This document shows positions 56,373 to 64,000 of a stretch of 64,000 nt of DNA, piece after piece. Origin of the DNA: Rebecca billardiae RCC1528 (taxonomy: Eukaryota; Protista; Haptophyta). The notes beneath the pieces are model-generated. The model was not told the DNA's origin. It did no database searches and saw nothing but the letters and a program-made list of their open reading frames with translations. Where the stretch lies: the NCBI GenBank assembly GCA_965240325.2, contig OZ251229.1, positions 558,001 through 622,000 on the forward strand, read 5' to 3'. Numbering within the stretch: position 1 is the stretch's first letter; the number at the start of each line of letters is the position of its first letter. Position numbers and translations under genes: made by a program.

Positions 56373-59168
56373 ATGTCGAACGCATCCGGGAGCAAGCTCT
56401 CGAACGTCCGCCGCAAGGGCGCTGAGCTCGTGCGCGGCACGGCGCAGGCTGCAGGCGCGCACGCGCATCGCGCCGCCGCCCGGCTCGCGCGCGCGGGTGG
56501 CGGCGCGGAGCGCGGCGCGGCGGGCGTGCACGCGCGCCTCTCTGCGGTGTTCCCGCGGACGACGCTGCTCGCCGAGATTGAGACCGAGCTATCCATCGGC
56601 CGCGAGCTCGGGCGCGGCCGCTCGTCCGTCGTGTGCGAGGCGATGGAGCACAGCACGGGCAAGCTCCGCGCTCTGAAGGCCATCTCCACCGCGGTGCTCG
56701 CCTCCGATTCGGACGAGCTGGACGCGCTGGTGAACGAGGTGCGCATGATGGCGCGCATGCCGCCACACCCGCACGTAGTTGCGCTCCACCGCGTCGTGTG
56801 CACGCCCGAGATGACCTGCCTTGTGCTCGACCTCGTCGCGGGCGGCGACCTGCTCGGTCCGATCGAGCGCGGCGGTGCGTACTCGGAGCCCACCGCGCGC
56901 GCGCTGTTCGCGCAGCTGCTGCTCGCCCTGGAGCACGTGCACGCGTGCGGCGTGGCGCACCGTGACCTCAAGCCCGAGAACGTGTGCTTCGTCGCCTCGC
57001 CCACCTCGATGCACCTCAAGCTCGTCGACTTTGGCCTGGCTGAGCTCACGGACGGCGGCTCGGACATGCGCGGGCTGGCGGGCACCGCAGTGTACGCGGC
57101 GCCAGAGGTGCTCGCGTGGTGGTGGGCGGAGGCGGAGGCGCGCGGCGAGGACGTGGAGGCGGCGGGCCCGCCGCCCGCCGCGCCCGCCGCGCCGTACGGC
57201 CTGGCGTGCGACGTCTGGGCCGCGGGCGTCTGCCTGTACGCCATGCTGACCGCTCAGCTCCCGTTCGCGCAGGAGCTGCCGCTGGGCGAGCTGCACGGCG
57301 CGACGACGGCGGGGCCCGAGATGCCCGCGGAGCACTGGGCGCACCTGTCCGCCGAGGCGGCGCAGCTCGTGCGCGCGATGCTCGCGTTCGACCCGCAGCG
57401 CCGACCCACCGTGAGCGAGCTACTCATGCACCCGTGGTGCGTCGCGCAGAGCGGCGCGGCCGCGGGCACGCGCGCCGCGTGCGCGCTCAACGTGGATGGC
57501 GTGACGGCGCGCGTGTCCGTCCGGATTGAGCTGTTCCCGCGGCAAGCGGTCGCGCCGCACGGGCACGCGCCGCCGCGCGCTCCCGCCGTCCCGCCGCTCG
57601 CCGCCGCATGCGTCGAGGCCGGTGCGCCCGCGCGGCCGCCGGGCGCGGCCGCGCCGCCCGAGGCGCGCGGCTCCGGCGTGGACGACAGCGCCAGCCTGGA
57701 GCTCCTCGGGGCTTTTGCCTTCCTGCCGTACGCGTTCGCTCCGGCGGACGGAGGCAGCGCCGAGCGGGAGAGCGCACCGTTCGTCGGCGCCGTGCGCTTC
57801 CGCGTGCACTGGCGGCACGCGCCACACGGCGCGCCGTACAGCGCCGCGCACGGCGGCGCGCGCCTGCTCGGCGCTGTGCACAGCAGGCTGCGGCGGACTG
57901 GCCGCGCGGCGGGCGGCGCGGACGGGGCGGGTGATCGGTGGACGGCCGAGCGGCGCGCCCTCCTGGAGCGGCCCGACCCCTCGCCGCTCGTGCTCACCGT
58001 GTGCGTCACGGCCGACGGCGTGTACGTCCTCCAAGGCGAGGCCGAGCTCGACTCTGTCGAGCGCGCTCTGCTGCCTGACGCGGGGCAAGCGCCGCCGGCC
58101 GCTGAGGCTGAGGCGCCGGCAGCACAGCCTCGGCCAGCAGCGCCCGAGATCACGCGCGCGCGCGCCCACGCGACAGTCGACGTGAGTGCGGAGGGCGCGT
58201 ACGCGCTGCTGAGCGGGCACATGTCCGCTGTCGAGCTCGCCGCGCACGCCGACGACGAGGAGGCCGCGCTCGCCTTTGGCCGCTGCTTTGCGTGCGAGCA
58301 GGGCGCATTCCGACTCTTCTGCGAAGCGCGAGGGCTAGTGTGCCCGCCGGTGGCGACGCCGCGCGGCGCGGGCGCCGAGGGCGGGCTGAGTGGCGCCGAG
58401 GGCTTGGCGGACGACGGCAGCCGCCGCGCGGCGGACGTGGTGGCGCGGCTGCCGAACCTGCAGCCTCGTCGCTGGTTCGCGCGCCGCCCAGGCGAGTCCG
58501 CGGGGGCGGCGCCCGCGGCCGCCACGTCGGAGGAGTCCGCAGGGCAGCTAGGGGACGAAGACTTCCTGGCATCGATCCCACTCGCCGACGCGGCGACCGG
58601 CGCGACGGTCAGTCCGGCTGGATCGTCGGCGATCGAGCAGGCTGGCGGAGGCGAGCCGGCACCGTCGCTGCCTGAGCTGCCGCCTCTTCCGCCGCTGCCT
58701 CCTGAGCTCGCCGGCCCCGAAGCAGACCCGGTCGCGCTCGTGCCTGCCGCCGACGGTGAGCCCAGCACGCCCGTTGCCTCGCACTCGGCTCGTGCGGCGG
58801 CGGGCAGGCCGCACTCCGCCGGGCCGGCAGCTGCTCTGCGCGTGCGCTCGACGCTGCAGTCGCTCGAGGAGCGCAGAGCACACTGGCAGCGCAATCTCGG
58901 CAACTGGCGGAAGGGTGGCGCTCCACACCCGAGCGGCGGCGGCACCATCTTGCAGCTGGGCGACGAAGGCCCGGCTATCGCTCGAGACGATGCGGCGCTG
59001 GGCGCTGTGCCCGCGCCGCTCGGCGACACAGACGCGGCGGCGAACAAGGCGGCGCTGCGATCGTCGCAGGCGCTGTCGGTGGATGCTGGTGCGGCGAGCG
59101 GCATGGAGCCCGCAGCCTACCAGGCTGCTAGCTTCGCCGACAATGACGAGCAGCAGGAATTGCCCTGA
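56373..59168 (+). CDS. CAMK-like Ser/Thr protein kinase with long C-terminal extension
   Basis: LGRGRSSVV, ALKAI, HRDLKPEN, DFG, GTAVYAAPE, DVWAAGV, RRPT..ELLMHPW. Confidence 0.95.
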   Translation: MSNASGSKLSNVRRKGAELVRGTAQAAGAHAHRAAARLARAGGGAERGAAGVHARLSAVFPRTTLLAEIETELSIGRELGRGRSSVVCEAMEHSTGKLRALKAISTAVLASDSDELDALVNEVRMMARMPPHPHVVALHRVVCTPEMTCLVLDLVAGGDLLGPIERGGAYSEPTARALFAQLLLALEHVHACGVAHRDLKPENVCFVASPTSMHLKLVDFGLAELTDGGSDMRGLAGTAVYAAPEVLAWWWAEAEARGEDVEAAGPPPAAPAAPYGLACDVWAAGVCLYAMLTAQLPFAQELPLGELHGATTAGPEMPAEHWAHLSAEAAQLVRAMLAFDPQRRPTVSELLMHPWCVAQSGAAAGTRAACALNVDGVTARVSVRIELFPRQAVAPHGHAPPRAPAVPPLAAACVEAGAPARPPGAAAPPEARGSGVDDSASLELLGAFAFLPYAFAPADGGSAERESAPFVGAVRFRVHWRHAPHGAPYSAAHGGARLLGAVHSRLRRTGRAAGGADGAGDRWTAERRALLERPDPSPLVLTVCVTADGVYVLQGEAELDSVERALLPDAGQAPPAAEAEAPAAQPRPAAPEITRARAHATVDVSAEGAYALLSGHMSAVELAAHADDEEAALAFGRCFACEQGAFRLFCEARGLVCPPVATPRGAGAEGGLSGAEGLADDGSRRAADVVARLPNLQPRRWFARRPGESAGAAPAAATSEESAGQLGDEDFLASIPLADAATGATVSPAGSSAIEQAGGGEPAPSLPELPPLPPLPPELAGPEADPVALVPAADGEPSTPVASHSARAAAGRPHSAGPAAALRVRSTLQSLEERRAHWQRNLGNWRKGGAPHPSGGGTILQLGDEGPAIARDDAALGAVPAPLGDTDAAANKAALRSSQALSVDAGAASGMEPAAYQAASFADNDEQQELP

Positions 59169-59222
59169 TGAAATCAGTCGAAGTATCGATGATGACGACT
59201 GAATACAAGTAGTCGCTTATAT

Positions 59223-60892
59223 GGCCCGCGGTGCAGGGCGGAGCGCGCAGCGTGGAGCCCGCACCAGCGGGCCCGAACAACGTTTCAAAAAGATCTTTGA
59301 TCAAGAAAAAAGGGACGGGGGACGATTTTCATGGCTGGAGGAGACCGAGTTTCGATTTTGAGACGACTCCCTTACAGGTGCATTAGCGTCGAAAAAGGTC
59401 GCGCCCACGGCAAGTTCATAGTAAAGCGTGGAGTGACGCCCGTCCAAAAAACTTCACGCCCTTTAGGATCCCTAACGTAACGAACCGTTACAAGCGATTT
59501 TTCCGGCCAATGAGATTGCAGCAAGGTCCAAGGTCAAGGAGCGATGACGTATCTAGATACAGATTGCCGCGAACCGATGTGACCATGTACGTCCCTTGAA
59601 TCAGTTGAATCAACTATTCAATCGCGCCGTGTCTGTATCAGGAGCCGACGAGGCAAGGGTCAGTAGCCGATGGGCCAACCTCGGCGAATCTCAATACTAT
59701 CTGACGCGAACGGACTTGGTTGGGCGCGCGCGTGGCCCCGGGCGGCGGCCCACCAGAGGCGGCCCGCGTTTGGAGGCGAGCCACGGGCACGAGGCTCACG
59801 AGCGACCGGGTGAGGACGGCGATGGGCAGGTGCGCGCGGCGAATGGCGCCTGGAGCGCGCGGCTGCGGCGGGTCCCGACTGCCGTCGACATCGCGTTCGT
59901 CGTGCCCCCGCTCACTCCGCGCGCCCCCGCCGCCCCTGCCGCCCTGTCGATGCCTCGGCGCGGCCTTGCGCGGCCCCGGCGCGTCCGCGAGCCGGCGCCG
60001 CAGCCGCCGCCCTGTGTTCGGGCTCTCGCAAGCTCGGGGGCAGCGGCGCCTGATGCCGGACTGATCGATCTCTGAGCCTTCGACTTCACCACGCGCCGCC
60101 CTTGCCATGCCTTTCCGGGGTCTCCCAGAACTCTTCTTGATTGAGAGAGAGCAGGCGCGCCGACGATCCGAGTCCATCGTCGGTCGACTCTGAGCGAGGG
60201 CTACGCCTCGGAACTGAACGGTACTCTACGAGGAGGACGAGCTGCGCGGGCGACGGTGGTGCGTGACGTCCCCAGAGCTGGCCGTGCCTCTGCAACGCGT
60301 GCCGAGCCTGATCGAGGTGTGTCAGCTGCCCGTGCACGCGCGGCGAGTGCGCGAACCGGATCACCGGTGCCCTCGCACCTCGGCACCGTGCTCCCTCGGG
60401 CTGTCAGCTCCGCGTGGCCTGGCGTGCACGTAGAGTTGCGCTCATGCGTCGATCACGCCTCGCGCCCGCCTGTCGGCCGTCGCGCAGGCGCTGGTCGAAC
60501 CCTACTCGGACCCTACTCCTCCAGCCCTACTCCCGGGCGCTGCCGGCGCGGGGGGTGACCCCGGGGACAGCGGTCAGCAGCAGCGGCCCGAACGAATCCG
60601 CGGCCCCGCACCGTGCTCCCTGGCTGTCAGCTCCGCGTGGCCTGGTGTGCACGTGGAGTCGCGCTCATGCGTCGATCACGCCTCGTCGCATCCGCCTGTA
60701 CACAATCGGCGCCGCGCCGGCGGCTGCAATGGGCCCGCCCGGCGCGGCGGGCGGCGGCGCGCCGCTGATGGAGTCTAGTTGTACGGGCATATGCAACTGG
60801 TCTGTCAATAGACGACTGCGACGGAGGGTGCACCGCCACCGCGGGCCCTGAACTACGTTCGTTCTACGGAAAAAGGACCGCGGAACGCGGTC
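59223..60892. mobile_element. Dispersed ~1.67-kb non-autonomous element, copy 2
   Basis: Starts GGCCCGCGGTGCAGGG, ends GACCGCGGAACGCGGTC; ATAT on both flanks. Confidence 0.85.
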
Positions 60893-63127
60893 ATATTGTA
60901 TAACTAGTAGGCTATTCTAATATCTATGTCTACGACCTCGCCCTAATCCAAGGGCCGCCCTTTATCACGATGCGCTGCTGACCGGAGTGATGACGACTAT
61001 ACTAGATAGATATCGGACATACTTGATGCAGCCAGTCCGCCGGGACCGGCGTGCTCGTTCGAGTGAGTCGTCGTCCGGCGGCGGACGTACGCGGGACGAC
61101 GGGCACGACGGCCCGGCGGACTCCGTGGAGCGGCTGAGAGCGGCGGAGACCGCGCGGAAGACAGACCGGCGCAGACCGGCCTCACCGGGTACTGAACTGG
61201 CGGCGGCGGGCAGCCGCCGAATCTTGACTTGTCCTTATTACCTTATAATAGCTACGACGCGCGACTTAATATATATAACTTGACAGATAATAATAAACTT
61301 CGTCAGTGACTTGTAGTTGTTAGGTCCGGATTGTCCCGGACGAAGACTCGGACGACACTATCTACGACAGGTCCGGCGCCGCGGACTGACAGTCAGTAGG
61401 ACGATCACCGTCCGAAGGCAATGCTCCGAAGCCCAGCAGTATCATCATTCAATGATTCATCAATAAGTAAGTATATATTTAATTACGACTTAATAATAAG
61501 CTATTAATAAATTGAAGTCGTATCTCTGAGAGTCCGTGCGTACCATCACGGTAGCGGTCGTCGACGTCAACTTTAATAAACGAATAACCGATCGTCCTAA
61601 GTTGCCAGAGACCGAGACGACGATGACTCCGAGTAAGGATGATGACGCCTGCTGATGACTAGCCGCACACAGGGCTGTCACTACCGCAGTACCGCTCGAT
61701 CAGTCAGGATGGCGCGGATGCGCCGGATCAGACGCACTGGCGCGGCCAGAGCCAGTTACCAGTAGACTCGGGGAGATGATTCGGCGACGCAGCACCGCCG
61801 GTTGCTCCACGCCGCCGGCACCATGTCGCGCCGATCGTCTGACGATGTGCAGAGACAGGGCGACGGAGCTCGGAGCCACGAGGAAGGACCAATCCCAAAC
61901 AAGGGTGATCAGTCAGCCTCAGTCGTGGTGCACTGTAGTGTGAGCGGTGGCTCAGAAATGCCCAGGCCACGGCTCACATCACAGTACACTGCTCCGAGAC
62001 GCGGGTCCGTATGCGTCGCAATGCCGCGGCGTTCGGGGCGCACTCGCACGCCGCGCTCTGCTGCTTGGATGGCAGCGCTTTGGGCAGCGAGAAATCGAGC
62101 TGCTCATCGTCCGACGTCTGCGCGGGCATCGCGCGGCGCGCCCACGCCGCCTGGTGAGCTGGCGCGCAGGGTGTGCGGACGCGAGTGCGTCGCGAGGCGG
62201 TCGCACGCCGTACGCGTCGCGGTGCGCGAGTGCCATGCGCGTAGGGGCGCCGGCTACGTGCATGCCGCACGGGCGCAGCGCCCACCTCGTCGAGGTGCCA
62301 GCCGTCACTGCGCAGCTGCTCATCATAAAAATCGTCGTTCAGTCCATCCTCGCCCTGTGCGCGCGTGCGCGCAGCGTGGCGCATGGTAACACGGCCGTGA
62401 GCGTGGGTGAGCTCGGCGCGGGCCCAGCGCGCTGCCCGTGGTCCCGTGCGCACACCTCCACAATGGCGCCCCCGCCCTTGGCCGGCGGGATCTGCAGCAT
62501 CGCGTAGCCATCCTTCTGCCTGGTGGACGCGCCGCGATCACCTGGTGGCGGAGCCCGCGTGCGAGATCGATGCCGCGCGCCGCACGCGAGGACGCGATCC
62601 ATCAGCGAACGCCGAAGGCGGCGGGCCTCGGCATCAGAGTGGGCACGCTCGCAGACGTGGCGCATGTGTGCGCGCGCGCAGGAGCCAGCGCACCGCTGTA
62701 GTTGGCCGCACTGTGCTGCTCACCACGGCTGCGATTCGTGAGCAGGCCAGTAAGGGAGCTTGACGCCATTTCGCCGTCAGGCTCGCTGTGCTCGGCCTCG
62801 CCGTGCTCTGCCGCCGCGAGCTCGGCCCCTGGGTCGGCACCAGCCATCCACGTGAGGCGCGCCGCCTCCTGCTTCCGCGACGGCGCCGCCTTGGCACTCT
62901 CCTTGAGCCCTTGTCCCCCCGGCTCTCGATCAGTGCTTCTGAGGCCATGCGAGCAGCTCGGCACGGGGATCGCACCGGACGCACGTCGTCGCCTGGCCCT
63001 TACCCGCAAACGCCAGCATGGATGCCACCCGTTTCCCCTACATACCTTTCATAGAAGCGGTCCCTTGCCCCTTGGCGGTGGTCTGGGTGGCGGACGCCAT
63101 CGTAGCCCCCGCCCCAAACACAAAATC

Positions 63128-64000
63128 ATGCAGCTCCTGCTCAGCACACCCAGCACACGCGTGATCGACGGCGTTGACGCGGCTGTGTCCGTCCGCGAGC
63201 TGTATGACGCGGTCGCCCGTGCTCATGGCCTGCCGATGGCTCGACACTACCTCGTGCACCACGGCGCGCGGCTGCCGCCCGATGGCGCACAGAGCCTCTC
63301 CCAGATTGGCGTTCGCGGCGGCGATGTCGTGCGCGTGGTGCCACGCCTCGTCGGCGGCGGTGGGGACGGCGGGGCGTACCCGCCGACGGCCACCGAGCTC
63401 AAGTGGATGAATGACATCGGCGGCGGAAGCAAGCGTGGCTCTTGGGCCGTGCTTGGAGGCTCCGTGCGCCGCACGCAGTTCGAGAAGATCTCAGTCGGCC
63501 TTCAGCGGTACGAGTCTTGCGCGACGTGCGCGCTGAGCGGCGAGGCGCTCAAGAGCCCGGTGGTGGCCTGCGCGCTGGGCATGCTGTACAACAAGGAGGC
63601 GCTCATCGAGGCACTGCTCGCCAAGGCCACACGCCCACTCGATGAGCGATTCGCACACATCCGCTCGCTGAAGGACGTCCACAGCGTCACGCTCCACACG
63701 GACCCTGAGCACGACGCCCAGGGCGCGGCGACGTCCGCAGCCGCGGGCACGGATGGTGCGCAGCAGCGAGCCCCTTTCCACTGCCCGGTGACCAAGCTGC
63801 CGTTCAACGGGCGGCTCCCGTTCTTCGCCGTGCGGCCGTCAGGGCACGTCGTCTCCGAGCGCGCCCTCGCGATGATGGAGTTCAAGGTCTGCCCGGTGAC
63901 GGAGCAGCCGCTCGCGCCGGCGGCGCCCGCCGCGGGGTCTGGCGGGCCGAGCGAGCTGCCGAGCGAGAGCCGACGCTTCCACCTCTCCGCGGACCTCCTC
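63128..64000 (+). CDS. RTF2: Replication termination factor 2 (Rtf2) with N-terminal ubiquitin-like domain (partial)
   Basis: MQLLLST...VRVVPRLVGGGGDGGA; CALSGEALKSPVVACALGMLYNKEALIEALL; FAHIRSLKDV; FHCPVT.LPFNG; SGHVVSERAL; runs off the window. Confidence 0.92.
   Translation, partial: MQLLLSTPSTRVIDGVDAAVSVRELYDAVARAHGLPMARHYLVHHGARLPPDGAQSLSQIGVRGGDVVRVVPRLVGGGGDGGAYPPTATELKWMNDIGGGSKRGSWAVLGGSVRRTQFEKISVGLQRYESCATCALSGEALKSPVVACALGMLYNKEALIEALLAKATRPLDERFAHIRSLKDVHSVTLHTDPEHDAQGAATSAAAGTDGAQQRAPFHCPVTKLPFNGRLPFFAVRPSGHVVSERALAMMEFKVCPVTEQPLAPAAPAAGSGGPSELPSESRRFHLSADLL

Noticed and set aside
61974-63020. Minus-strand gene divergent from RTF2
   Set aside because: Coding-like patches exist, but no consistent spliced frame or recognisable domain could be built

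Overview
GC-rich eukaryotic nuclear DNA with GT-AG introns, microsatellites, spliceosomal and ciliary genes, and a protein with probable plastid-lumen targeting. It looks like a flagellated alga with a complex plastid, possibly a haptophyte (inference). About 18 protein-coding genes are supported, mostly in tight head-to-head pairs: ATP-grasp/kinase fusion, KATNIP, FAM194-like, RBM22, OGFOD2-like oxygenase, several glycosyl/pyruvyl transferases, RluA, FMO, cyclophilin, CAMK-like kinase and RTF2. AT-richer, repeat-filled intervals separate the pairs. Highlights: (1) a TM + TIR-like + TM + C-type-lectin receptor, a candidate Toll-like-receptor analogue; (2) a 3.1-kb array of about 40 palindromes ending in a CACTA/En-Spm terminus, interrupted by a solo LTR and preceded by decayed gene fragments; (3) an 873-bp hairpin-ended element in precise head-to-tail tandem; (4) a palindromic GT61 gene pair with homogenised 3' arms; (5) several other non-autonomous elements. 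All family calls come from motif recognition by eye; no database searches were run.
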